Virus record (IMG/VR): IMGVR_UViG_3300020034_000024
Span: 1 to 51,656 of that record
From: a virus
Taxonomy: Duplodnaviria > Caudoviricetes
Strand: one strand, 5' to 3'
DNA length: 51,656 nucleotides
Part shown: one piece after another, positions 1 to 8,948 of the stretch
Layout of the letters: each line of letters starts with the position of its first letter
Position numbering within the stretch: the stretch's first letter is position 1
Position numbers and translations under genes: made by a program
The notes under the pieces: model-generated
Told to the model about the DNA's origin: nothing
Database searches by the model: none
What the model saw: only the letters and a program-made list of their open reading frames with translations

Positions 1-210
1 GGCAAACCTATCGAAGGCAAACCTATCGAAGGCAAACCTATCGTGGGCAAACCTATCGAAGGCAAACCTATCGGGGGCAAACCTATCGGGGGCAAACCTA
101 TCGGGGGCAACCCTATCGAAGGCAAACCTATCGAAGGCAAACCTATCGTGGGCAAACCTATCGGGGGCAAACCTATCGGAGGCAAACCTATCGAAGGCAG
201 ACCTATCGGT
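1..210 (+). repeat. 15-bp tandem repeat GCAAACCTATCG(AAG/GGG/TGG/GAG), about 14 units here plus 2 at the window end
   Basis: Directly visible; encodes the pentapeptide repeat. Confidence 0.95.
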
Positions 211-541
211 TATAAAGGCAGACTTTTTTTACGTCCTACTTCATGCGCTCAACGAAATTGAATTTCTAAAGCAAAATGTAATTGAAGGAAAAATAGACGG
301 ATCAACCTATTCAGGAGAGTGTGCTTGCCTTTCAGGAACGGTTGAAAAATCGGCAATAATTCACAACGGAGAAAAAGAAGAGTTTAATAAAAAACTAATT
401 ATGTCATGCCGTGATTCGGATAGACCGGCTGAACGGTTCTTTCTTGCGATCAGACCGGGAGATAAGCCAGAGAATCATCCAGCTTCAAAAATAATTTTCG
501 AATGGATTAATGAATTCCAATCATTAATTAAACCGAATTGA
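1..541 (+). CDS. pentapeptide-repeat protein, C-terminal part
   Basis: Frame from base 2 reads A(N/D)LSx repeats ([20 protein letters not shown]), then [16 protein letters not shown]...[32 protein letters not shown], stop TGA 539-541. Confidence 0.9.
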   Translation, partial: ANLSKANLSKANLSWANLSKANLSGANLSGANLSGATLSKANLSKANLSWANLSGANLSEANLSKADLSVIKADFFYVLLHALNEIEFLKQNVIEGKIDGSTYSGECACLSGTVEKSAIIHNGEKEEFNKKLIMSCRDSDRPAERFFLAIRPGDKPENHPASKIIFEWINEFQSLIKPN

Positions 542-614
542 TTGTTTCCTGATACGTTCAGTCGATAGCGAACCGGCTCCGCTTAAACCGGTAAATATTT
601 TAAACACAAACCAT

Positions 615-764
615 ATGAAAACAGACATTCAAAAAGTAGTAGATAGAAAGCCGGTACGAATTATCACAGCTTCATTAAAAAGCCATAACACCAAAAACAC
701 TGAAGTTGTTTTTATACGTGACTTTACGGGAAGACCAGACTACAATCAATATTCAAGGCCATGA
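615..764 (+). CDS. small hypothetical protein (49 aa)
   Basis: ATG 615 after an A-rich leader; ATGA overlap with the 761 ORF. Confidence 0.5.
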   Translation: MKTDIQKVVDRKPVRIITASLKSHNTKNTEVVFIRDFTGRPDYNQYSRP

Positions 765-1015
765 ACAAAGAACATTACACCTTAAAAGAGATTCACGAAG
801 ACCAAAGCCCTTTAGCAGCGTTTTGGAGTTGGAAGGCTCACCTTCTTATTTTCTTTGTGTATGGCGGCATATCGTTGATCTTGATGTCAAAACCCGGGCA
901 TTACTACTTAGGCCTCACACTGGGCATTATAACGGCTGGAATCAACGGCATTTGGATAGTGTTTAAGGGCGTGCCGATGTTTTTTAGATGGTTGGTTAAT
1001 CTGGTTAAGATATGA
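761..1015 (+). CDS. small membrane protein
   Basis: Two hydrophobic segments; coupled to neighbours by ATGA overlaps. Confidence 0.65.
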   Translation: MNKEHYTLKEIHEDQSPLAAFWSWKAHLLIFFVYGGISLILMSKPGHYYLGLTLGIITAGINGIWIVFKGVPMFFRWLVNLVKI

Positions 1016-1233
1016 TGATGTTGAGCGTACAAAAGGTAACCCGAGATGAAATTATAGAGCATTGGGGTTTTGGCTTTGGATTACCTAACGGTGAACTTTA
1101 TATAAGATCCGACCGGAAAGGTAATGTGAATTGGGACAAAGCGCCTGTTTACACTTGGGAAGAAATATTGAAAGAGAGAGAAAAACGTAGAGTTATTTTT
1201 ACGGTTGATCCTAAAGAATTTGAATTGCCATGA
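1012..1233 (+). CDS. hypothetical protein
   Basis: ORF overlapping the previous stop codon. Confidence 0.55.
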   Translation: MMMLSVQKVTRDEIIEHWGFGFGLPNGELYIRSDRKGNVNWDKAPVYTWEEILKEREKRRVIFTVDPKEFELP

Positions 1234-1254
1234 TTCTCCCCAAAGTAAAAGACA

Positions 1255-1650
1255 ATGACCATGAATGAGTGTGTAGAGTGCGGGTGCCAGGTAATTGAGA
1301 ATAAAGACCTAATGATTTGTGCTACATGTAACCACGCCAGAAGGAAGGCTGATAGGGTAAAGCCAAAGGTAGTGAAGCCAGTTAACAAGGTATCGGAAAA
1401 GAGAGCCGGACAGAACGCGGAGTATATTAAGCTGAGGAACGAATATCTGGCTTTATATCCTATGTGCGAGGTTGAAGACTGTGACCAAAGAAGTCAAGAT
1501 GTCCACCATCAACGCGGAAAAGAAGGAGAACGATTACTGGATACAAATTTCTTCATGGCGGTTTGCCGGAATCATCACATTTACTACACCGAGCATAGTA
1601 AAGAAGCAATTGAACAAGGTGTAAGCGTTTCCAGAAATGCGAAAAGCTGA
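1255..1650 (+). CDS. HNH endonuclease with N-terminal zinc ribbon
   Basis: CxxC..CxxC N-terminus; CEVEDC..DVHH..G..FMAVCRNHH HNH core; lies upstream of the terminase genes. Confidence 0.8.
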   Translation: MTMNECVECGCQVIENKDLMICATCNHARRKADRVKPKVVKPVNKVSEKRAGQNAEYIKLRNEYLALYPMCEVEDCDQRSQDVHHQRGKEGERLLDTNFFMAVCRNHHIYYTEHSKEAIEQGVSVSRNAKS

Positions 1651-1687
1651 TTTGAACAAACTTAAATAAGAAGACTAAAACAAAGGA

Positions 1688-2011
1688 TTGATTATGAAGG
1701 ATAAAATAGAAATTGACGGGTATAAAGTTATTGAAGAGTACCTACTTACCAAAGGTGAGCAAGTCGTCACTCAGGATTTAAAAATTCAATTTAAGCCATT
1801 GATTGATTTCGGGATTATAGTTTACGGTATGAAAGCAAATGCCACAAATAAACTGATAATGAAGTTCGATCTTGAAAGATTCTTCATGAGAAAATGTTCA
1901 GGTGAAATATCCGGAGGAGAAACAAAGTTTGTGAAAGTACCGGCAGAAATATACGAACGAGTAAAAAAGGTTAATGACAAATTTCGAAATGAAAATAATG
2001 CTGATCTCTAA
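1688..2011 (+). CDS. hypothetical protein
   Basis: ORF in a co-oriented run; start probably ATG 1694. Confidence 0.55.
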   Translation: MIMKDKIEIDGYKVIEEYLLTKGEQVVTQDLKIQFKPLIDFGIIVYGMKANATNKLIMKFDLERFFMRKCSGEISGGETKFVKVPAEIYERVKKVNDKFRNENNADL

Positions 2012-2028
2012 CCATTAACAGAAACAAG

Positions 2029-2397
2029 ATGAAGAACATTAAAGATTATTTGCATTTGTATTTTTATAGTGAAATAGAATTGACAGAAATTTTTATTAAG
2101 GTTGGATATCAATTAGGACAGAGATTCATTCCTACAGGGGGAGAAATTTCTCTTGCCTTGCGTGATAATCCGGTATTTGCGTGCAAGCCAATCCTTCGCC
2201 CATTATTAGATATGACGGAAGATGAAGGAAAAGAACTTGATTGGACTTTTAGACTTGGATGGGAATCAAGGTGGGACGGAATTGGAATACCGCAAGTTTT
2301 AAAACCAGAAGAATTTAGATACTTACTATCCAAAGGGTTTGATTTATTCGGGTTGATTCATGACGACATTGCTATCGATAAAACCACTCTAAAGTAA
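2029..2397 (+). CDS. conserved phage hypothetical protein
   Basis: KPILRPLxDMT and LLSKGFDLFGLI motifs resemble a small family seen in Bacteroidota phages. Confidence 0.65.
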   Translation: MKNIKDYLHLYFYSEIELTEIFIKVGYQLGQRFIPTGGEISLALRDNPVFACKPILRPLLDMTEDEGKELDWTFRLGWESRWDGIGIPQVLKPEEFRYLLSKGFDLFGLIHDDIAIDKTTLK

Positions 2398-2408
2398 CCC
2401 CCAAAGAG

Positions 2409-2735
2409 ATGACAGAAGAGCTATCAGAAAAAGACGCCACTATTAAGAGTCAGCAAGAGACTATTGAGGAGTTGAAAGAATGGAAACGGCAAGCAATCGA
2501 ATTATCTAAAAAGTGGGACGAGCTTGATAAATATGTCAGGAGTCATCCAGATGCAACTTTAGGTATTTATTTATCTGAAATTGCAATAAGTCTAATTAAA
2601 GATCGTGACTACTGGAAAAACGAAGCTGAAAATGGAGATGCCGCAAAACAAAACAGTGAGCTGCAGAAGGAGGTAGAGACGTTGAAAAGTGAGAACATAA
2701 AGGCTAAGGAGCTTTTGAAAAGCCAAATTAAATGA
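2409..2735 (+). CDS. coiled-coil hypothetical protein
   Basis: E/K/Q-rich heptad pattern. Confidence 0.6.
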   Translation: MTEELSEKDATIKSQQETIEELKEWKRQAIELSKKWDELDKYVRSHPDATLGIYLSEIAISLIKDRDYWKNEAENGDAAKQNSELQKEVETLKSENIKAKELLKSQIK

Positions 2736-2807
2736 TAGTCAGCAACGCTGTGGTAAAGACAAAACAAAATATAATTCTGTTTGTATGCTTTGAACCTATT
2801 TTAGAGT

Positions 2808-2822
2808 TAGATTTGTTATAAC
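2808..2822 (+). promoter_or_regulatory. Bacteroidota-type -7 promoter element (TAGATTTG) plus TTATAAC, upstream of terS
   Basis: Matches TAnnTTTG; near-identical copy at 4736-4750. Confidence 0.6.
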
Positions 2823-2834
2823 GTTTATTACAAA

Positions 2835-3398
2835 ATGGCTAAAGTGGTGAAAGAAGATGAGTTGACGGAAAGCCAGAAACAGTTCTGTAGAGAGTATATT
2901 TACGATTGGAATGGATCTCGTTCTTACAAGGTTGCTTATCCGGGAGTAACAGATGAAACAGCGCGAGTTAACGCAAGCAAGCTACTAACAAAGGCTAACA
3001 TAAATGAATACTGGAAAAACCTTGCGGATGATGACGAAAGGTACACCGGAGTAAGCCGAAGAATGATACTTTTGGAGCATAAAAAGATAATTCAGACCAA
3101 TTTAGGGGACATTCATGACACATGGATAACCAGAAAAGAGTTCGAAAATCTTCCAATGGACATAAAGAGTTGTATTTCACAGATTGAAACACAAACTCGA
3201 ATGGAAACAAACCCCATCGAGGGTGGTCCTCCAATCCAAATCGATTACGTTAAGATCAAGCTATACGATAAGCAAAAATCGCTTGATTCATTGTCTAAAA
3301 TGATGGGTTACGAAGCTCCTAAGAAGATTGAACAGGTATCAACGGTTAAGTCTTACGAAATAGTCCCAGCCAGTGGTAAAAGAGCTAGTAGTAAATGA
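2835..3398 (+). CDS. terS: terminase small subunit
   Basis: LTxxQKxFCREYIYDWNGSRSY..A...TARVNASKLL HTH and KIKLYDKQKSLDSL motif; directly before terL. Confidence 0.9.
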   Translation: MAKVVKEDELTESQKQFCREYIYDWNGSRSYKVAYPGVTDETARVNASKLLTKANINEYWKNLADDDERYTGVSRRMILLEHKKIIQTNLGDIHDTWITRKEFENLPMDIKSCISQIETQTRMETNPIEGGPPIQIDYVKIKLYDKQKSLDSLSKMMGYEAPKKIEQVSTVKSYEIVPASGKRASSK

Positions 3399-4650
3399 TA
3401 AGTACATACCGCTTATTGACAATCAATCGCGGTTCTTAGTTCTTTACGGTGGGGCCGGTTCAGGCAAAAGCAATTTCGCGGCATTCAAGATTATCAAAAG
3501 GATTTTATCAGAACGAGGGCATAAATTCCTATGTCTCAGGAAAATTTCAAATACAATAAAGGATTCTATATTTGCTGAATTACAGTCGGCAATCGCTGAT
3601 CAGGATTCTGAAAGCGAGTTTGTAATCAATAAAACAGAACATTCATTTACCCACATTCCGACCAAAAACGTCATTCTTTGTAAAGGCTTAGATGAACCGG
3701 GCAAGATAAAGTCCATCAAAGGTATTACCGGAATGTGGTTAGAAGAGGCCAGCGACTTTGATGAGTTGGATCTTGACCAATTAGATATTCGTATTCGGGG
3801 AGAGAAAGAGAATTACATTCAATACATACTTTCTTTCAACCCAATCGAAGAAACCCATTGGCTAAAGAAGCGATTCTTCGACAAAAAAGATCCAAACGCC
3901 ACTACTTGCCATTCGACATACCTGGATAACTTCTTTCTAACCGAAGAGGATGGTGAACGTCTCCGTTCATTAAAGGACCGTAACGAGCTTTATTATGATG
4001 TGTACTGCCTCGGAAAGTGGGGCATAGTTGATAAGTCGAATAAGTTCATGTACGCTTTTGACCATTCAAAGCACGTTATCCAATCCTATGAGCCTAATCC
4101 ACACCTGCCTTTATTAGTCAGTTTTGATTTTAATGTTTTCCCGATGACTTGCGTAATTGGTCAGCACATAGATGAAACGCATGCGGTAATATTCGATGAG
4201 ATCAAACTCGAAAACTCATCCACGGAAGAAATGTCGGAATTCGTAAAGGCAAAATACATCAAATGGTTGTACAATATCGACATTACAGGAGACGCAACAG
4301 GCCGAAATCGGGAGAAAGCTACACGCGGTAACATCAACCAGTATCATGTTATAAAGGAAGTTTTGGAGCTTGATGATAGGAATATCAATGTCAAAAATCG
4401 AAATCCTGAAATAAAGGACTCAAGAGTGCTATGTAATTCTGTGCTACAACACGCTTCAATGTTAATCACAGAGAATTGCATCGAAACTATACAAGATGTT
4501 ACTTTCGCCACTATAAAAGTAAATCCGATGACAAAAAAAATAGATGTTATAAAGACCGATGAGAAAGGTTTACATTTTTTCGATTGCGCAAAATATCTAA
4601 TAGACGCATGTTTCCCTGATTTCATTAAAAATCCTAAAAAGTATAGATAA
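3373..4650 (+). CDS. terL: terminase large subunit (PBSX/SPP1-like)
   Basis: Walker A YGGAGSGKS, KIKSIKGITGMWLEEA Walker B, ILSFNP, HSTYLDNxFL, nuclease SFDFN and HFFDCAKY. Confidence 0.95.
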   Translation: MVKELVVNDKYIPLIDNQSRFLVLYGGAGSGKSNFAAFKIIKRILSERGHKFLCLRKISNTIKDSIFAELQSAIADQDSESEFVINKTEHSFTHIPTKNVILCKGLDEPGKIKSIKGITGMWLEEASDFDELDLDQLDIRIRGEKENYIQYILSFNPIEETHWLKKRFFDKKDPNATTCHSTYLDNFFLTEEDGERLRSLKDRNELYYDVYCLGKWGIVDKSNKFMYAFDHSKHVIQSYEPNPHLPLLVSFDFNVFPMTCVIGQHIDETHAVIFDEIKLENSSTEEMSEFVKAKYIKWLYNIDITGDATGRNREKATRGNINQYHVIKEVLELDDRNINVKNRNPEIKDSRVLCNSVLQHASMLITENCIETIQDVTFATIKVNPMTKKIDVIKTDEKGLHFFDCAKYLIDACFPDFIKNPKKYR

Positions 4651-4735
4651 TTATAGTTATACCAAATCGTATTGTAAAACATTATGCCAATCAAAGATTA
4701 ATTAATTGAAGTATAGGAATTAACCAAAAACGTTA

Positions 4736-4750
4736 TAAATTTGTTATAAC
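4736..4750 (+). promoter_or_regulatory. promoter element TAAATTTGTTATAAC heading the glycan cluster
   Basis: TAnnTTTG match; 14 of 15 bases identical to the terS element. Confidence 0.6.
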
Positions 4751-4763
4751 AAAATCAGTATAA

Positions 4764-4973
4764 ATGTCTTTCGTAAAGTATATCTTAGTTTACAACATTA
4801 ACGATTATCCAGAGATGGGAGGAGGCCTTCAATACGAAGAATTTAAGACCGATGTTGAATTAGATAAAAAGGTGTTAGAAATATACAATTTTCATGATAT
4901 TATAGTAGCTGGAAAGGTAGAAGAGTTTAAGTACAAGGAAGTTGAAACGGTAACCAAAAAAGAACGCGAATGA
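4764..4973 (+). CDS. hypothetical protein
   Basis: ORF after the promoter; ATGA overlap with the next gene. Confidence 0.6.
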   Translation: MSFVKYILVYNINDYPEMGGGLQYEEFKTDVELDKKVLEIYNFHDIIVAGKVEEFKYKEVETVTKKERE

Positions 4974-5521
4974 TTTGCTCAATCGTGGCTTGTGGCCCCT
5001 CAGCTTCAGATTGGTGGAATACACCATGCGATTACTCAATAGGCTGCAATGACGCTTTTAAGTTTGGGTACGGATTCGATGAATTGCTAATCGTTAACTC
5101 TCCAAAGATGTTCACACCGGAACGGCTTGAGGTGATCAAAAAAACAAAGTGCGATAAGGTCAAGACTAATTCGGGCAACTGGGATAAAATATTCCCTCAA
5201 CAGGAAATAATCAGATTACAATCGTTCGGCAAGTTTTTAAAGAAAGGCCATATTTACAGTTCAAAGTCTTCCCCATTCGTTGCAATGTCGCTGTCCTTTA
5301 ATATGGGAGCTACGGACGTTATTTTGCACGGGGTAGATATGGAAACACATAATATTTTCAGCCCTAACAATCGCCACGGAAGCAATGAACATCGGATGTT
5401 TAACTACGAACTACGAAACATTCAGAACTTCACGCGAATGATGGTCGACCAGGGAACGAAAGTATGGCTAGGTAAAAAAGAAGGTGCTTTAACTCAATTT
5501 TTGAATGTATGGCAAGGCTAA
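4970..5521 (+). CDS. Maf/DUF115 (MptE-like, CST-fold) putative glycosyltransferase
   Basis: IVACGPS, SIGCNDA, SS.F.A..L...MGA..VILHGVDM motif pattern. Confidence 0.65.
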   Translation: MICSIVACGPSASDWWNTPCDYSIGCNDAFKFGYGFDELLIVNSPKMFTPERLEVIKKTKCDKVKTNSGNWDKIFPQQEIIRLQSFGKFLKKGHIYSSKSSPFVAMSLSFNMGATDVILHGVDMETHNIFSPNNRHGSNEHRMFNYELRNIQNFTRMMVDQGTKVWLGKKEGALTQFLNVWQG

Positions 5522-5564
5522 CAAATGCACAGAAAAGGCGAATAATGAGTAGAAAACATTTTTT

Positions 5565-6227
5565 TTGTTTATGACCTACGGAATCCTTACACCGGATCGA
5601 GGTGATAGACACGTAATGTTACAACATTGCAATAAACAGGTTAAGTCGTTTAATCCTACTTATAATGCTTATTGTATCGTTGACTACAAACCTAAAAGTA
5701 ACAAACCGGATTTGACGGATAGAGTTTACGAAGGTTATATTTGGGCGCTTGAGAATAGGATTGAATGGTTGATAATGGTGGAATCAGATGATTTCTATCC
5801 AGTTGATTACCTGAATGATTTCTTAATTCACATGTCACACGCTGATTTTATCGGCTGCGAGTATTCACATTACTACAACATTCAAAGCAGAACATGGGAG
5901 AAACTAAACCATAGCAACCGGTCAAGCCTATACACTACAGCGTTCAGAGTTTCAGCCATGAAAGATTTTAACTGGCAACAGGCAAATAAATTGTTTCTCG
6001 ATATTGACATTTGGAGGTACGCAAGACGGTTTAAAAGGTCATTCATTCAAAACAGAGCCATTGGAATAAAAGGACATGGCGAAGGAATGGCGGGAGGCAA
6101 GGGGCATATTATGAGGTTCAGGAATTACGACCCCGATTTAGAATGGTTGAAAAAACACACGAACGAAATGAGTTTCGAGTTTTATAAAGGACTTAGTGAA
6201 AAGTTGAACCAGAAAGTTATTGCATGA
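5565..6227 (+). CDS. GT-A fold (GT2-like) glycosyltransferase
   Basis: ILTPDRGDR start, VESDDFY DxD-like motif, FLDIDIW; start probably ATG 5571. Confidence 0.7.
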   Translation: MFMTYGILTPDRGDRHVMLQHCNKQVKSFNPTYNAYCIVDYKPKSNKPDLTDRVYEGYIWALENRIEWLIMVESDDFYPVDYLNDFLIHMSHADFIGCEYSHYYNIQSRTWEKLNHSNRSSLYTTAFRVSAMKDFNWQQANKLFLDIDIWRYARRFKRSFIQNRAIGIKGHGEGMAGGKGHIMRFRNYDPDLEWLKKHTNEMSFEFYKGLSEKLNQKVIA

Positions 6228-6245
6228 TGGAAGAAATTTGGAAAG

Positions 6246-6992
6246 ATGAGTCACACCATTAATACGTTTTTGCTGGCATGGAATGAAATTAGCATCGCTC
6301 CACTTATCATAAAACACTATCAAAAATTTAGTGATAAGGTTACGATAATGGATAATTACTCTACAGATGGAACGCCTGATTTAGCCCGTGATATGGGATG
6401 TGAAGTAAAGCAATTCGGTTCTAAGTTCTTTGACGATCAAAACAACATGGATTGCAAAAATTCATGCTGGCAGAATGATAGTGGTTCTTATAATATAGTT
6501 GCTGATTTTGATGAAGTATTGTTTTATTATGATGGTATGGGTGATTACCTTGATCAGGACTGTATAACAAGTGTTTTGCATAGAAGCACTCACGATGTAT
6601 ACAAAACAATTGGTTGGCAAATTATGAGTGATACAATGCCAAAGAATGATTTGCTTGAAGAGTTGAATGGGTTTAGATTTGACAACTATTCAAAGTCGAT
6701 TCTGTTCTCTGGTTCAATTGGTAGTATGGAATTTAATCCTGGGGCGCATAGGTGCAATCCAGTAAAACGTAATGGTGAAGATGTTGAGTATTCAAATGAA
6801 GGCAATATGTACGTCCTTCACTACAAACACATCGGAGGAGTTCAAAGAACGATCGACCGGTACAAAGAGTATAAACCGAGGATGAGTAAATTGAATAGAA
6901 AAATGGGATGGGGTTTGCATTATTCACAAACTGAACGTAGATTGCGTGAAGAATGGGAAGAGAGAATGAAAATAAGCAGGCCGTTAATTTAG
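6246..6992 (+). CDS. glycosyltransferase family 2
   Basis: AWNE, MDNYSTDGT, ADFDE, VLHYK motifs. Confidence 0.85.
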   Translation: MSHTINTFLLAWNEISIAPLIIKHYQKFSDKVTIMDNYSTDGTPDLARDMGCEVKQFGSKFFDDQNNMDCKNSCWQNDSGSYNIVADFDEVLFYYDGMGDYLDQDCITSVLHRSTHDVYKTIGWQIMSDTMPKNDLLEELNGFRFDNYSKSILFSGSIGSMEFNPGAHRCNPVKRNGEDVEYSNEGNMYVLHYKHIGGVQRTIDRYKEYKPRMSKLNRKMGWGLHYSQTERRLREEWEERMKISRPLI

Positions 6993-7477
6993 AAAAGTGG
7001 CTTCCAGTTTTAGGACTGAATAATTATGAGGTATCGAATACTGGTAAGATAAGGTCTATAAAATCGATGAAATCAGTTGCTATTTTTAAAAGAGAAAGCG
7101 GATATATATGTACAGGATTATTTCATAATAAAAGACCTATACAAAAACTTGTGCATAGATTAGTGGCAGAGGCGTTTATTTCTAATCCAGAAAACAAAAG
7201 AACTGTTAATCATTTGGATGATGATAAAACAAACAACAACGATTGGAATTTAGCATGGGCAACTTATTCAGAAAATAATAAACATGCATACTCTATTGGA
7301 TTGATGGACATTCATGGAGAGAAGCACATGCACGCAAAACTTGATAATGAAAAAGTTCTAATCATCAGAAAATCATGCTTAAACAGAATTGACATAAAAA
7401 AATATGCAAATAAATATTCGGTATCGGAATCAACTGTTTATGACGCTTTGAAAAGACGAACATGGACACACATATGA
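6953..7477 (+). mobile_element. free-standing NUMOD4-HNH homing endonuclease
   Basis: EKW.PV..YEVSNTGKIRS (NUMOD4), VHRLVAEAFI, VNHLDDDKTNN..NL.W.T..EN..HA, C-terminal HTH. Confidence 0.9.
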
Positions 7478-8190
7478 GCATTACCGTAGCAATTACCAAT
7501 TTCAACCGCGAGCAACTTCTTTACGAAAGTATAGAGCAGGTAATTGATGATCCGCGTATATCGGAAATTGTGATTAGCGATGATGCGAGCGAGTACGGAC
7601 TTTACACTCGTGTAGTTAATCACTATAAAGCTTACCCGAAAGTTAAGATTTACAGGAATGAAAAGAACTTGGATTGCTATTTGAATAAACATAAGGCGGT
7701 AAGTTTGGCAACGAACGAATGGGTTTTATTGATTGATTCTGATAACGTATTTTCGAAAGAGTTTATTAATAAGCTTTTCAGTGAAAAAGAATATTGGAGT
7801 AAAGACCAGATTTTTCAGCCATCATTTGCAAAGCCTCATTTTGATTTCACTGCTTTTGATATGGATGTCATCGATAGAAGAAATGTATCTGATTTTATGA
7901 TGCGTCATCAATTTCAAACTATGCTAAACGCGGCCAATCATTTCTTTAATCGCGAAAGATGGTTAGAGGTTTTTGATTCAAGCGTTGATCCAGTGACTAG
8001 CGATAGTATTTACCAAATGTATAGATGGCTTGATGATGGCAATTGTATTTATATAACGCCTGATTTACACTATGAACACCGCGTTTCAAACCACGGCAAA
8101 GAGGAAGGTAGTCACTATGTAAAGCGAAATAAAAAAACACCGAAAGGATTTCACGAAAGTATTGTCAACAAACTAAAAGCGATGAGATGA
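7474..8190 (+). CDS. glycosyltransferase family 2
   Basis: ITVAITNFNR, EIVISDDAS, WVLLIDSDN; ATG 7474 overlaps the HNH stop. Confidence 0.9.
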   Translation: MSITVAITNFNREQLLYESIEQVIDDPRISEIVISDDASEYGLYTRVVNHYKAYPKVKIYRNEKNLDCYLNKHKAVSLATNEWVLLIDSDNVFSKEFINKLFSEKEYWSKDQIFQPSFAKPHFDFTAFDMDVIDRRNVSDFMMRHQFQTMLNAANHFFNRERWLEVFDSSVDPVTSDSIYQMYRWLDDGNCIYITPDLHYEHRVSNHGKEEGSHYVKRNKKTPKGFHESIVNKLKAMR

Positions 8191-8948
8191 GTAATTTAGT
8201 TGTTCCACAGTTTTTAGGGCGTTTAGGAAATCAGTTTTTTCAGGTTGCAGCCGCTATTGGCTACGCTAAAAAATACAATACTGAATGGTTCGTGCCGCAA
8301 GGTTATCATCATCGCGAAATTTATAAGCATTGGAGCCTGCCAATATATCGGGGCAACATTCGTAAACTGAAGCTTTACGATGTTGCTACCGATCAAGGAT
8401 GGGGTTATTCACCTATACCATTTATGGACGGTGGCGTTCAATTGCGCGGATTCTTCCAATCACAGATCCATTTTGAGCATGGTGAACAGGATGTTAAGAA
8501 CGTTTTTAAGTTGCAGATTAACCCTATTGATTGTGTCTCTTTGCACGTTAGACGTTCGGATTATCTCGCACCAAATCAAGATACTTTCAAACCTATCGAT
8601 ATGAATTATATCACTCAAGCGATGGATGTGTTTAAGCAATCAGGCAAGACAAAGTTTATGGTAGTGTCGGATGATCTGCCATGGTGTCGCGAAAACATTA
8701 AAGATCCTGATTGTGAGATACTATTCAGCAACGGACAAAGCGTTTATTCTGATTTATGTCTCATGGCGAGCTGTGAAAATCATATAATTTCGAATAGCAC
8801 ACTCGCGTGGTGGGCTGCATATCTTGGAAGAAACGAAAACAAATTAGTAGTTTCGCCAAGTGCTGAAGCGCCCAATTGGTTCTTACATAGCAGAATGGAT
8901 ACGAGTAACTTATTGCCGAAGGAATGGATTCAAATTAAATACAGATGA
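8187..8948 (+). CDS. alpha-1,2-fucosyltransferase-like protein (GT11)
   Basis: GRLGNQFFQ, GFFQS, LHVRRSDY, VSDD..WC, IISNSTLAWWAAYL. Confidence 0.92.
   Translation: MSNLVVPQFLGRLGNQFFQVAAAIGYAKKYNTEWFVPQGYHHREIYKHWSLPIYRGNIRKLKLYDVATDQGWGYSPIPFMDGGVQLRGFFQSQIHFEHGEQDVKNVFKLQINPIDCVSLHVRRSDYLAPNQDTFKPIDMNYITQAMDVFKQSGKTKFMVVSDDLPWCRENIKDPDCEILFSNGQSVYSDLCLMASCENHIISNSTLAWWAAYLGRNENKLVVSPSAEAPNWFLHSRMDTSNLLPKEWIQIKYR

Noticed and set aside
1-210. CRISPR array or DGR variable region
   Set aside because: Units are contiguous 15-mers with no spacers; no cas or reverse transcriptase gene is visible
43-261. ORF-track protein with GKPI(E/G) repeats
   Set aside because: Off-frame reading of the ANLSx pentapeptide gene, which has a proper start across the junction and a plausible C-terminal domain
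6953-7477. Group I intron or intein splitting a glycosyltransferase
   Set aside because: Each flanking GT has its own N-terminal GT2 motifs and stop codon; the HNH appears free-standing
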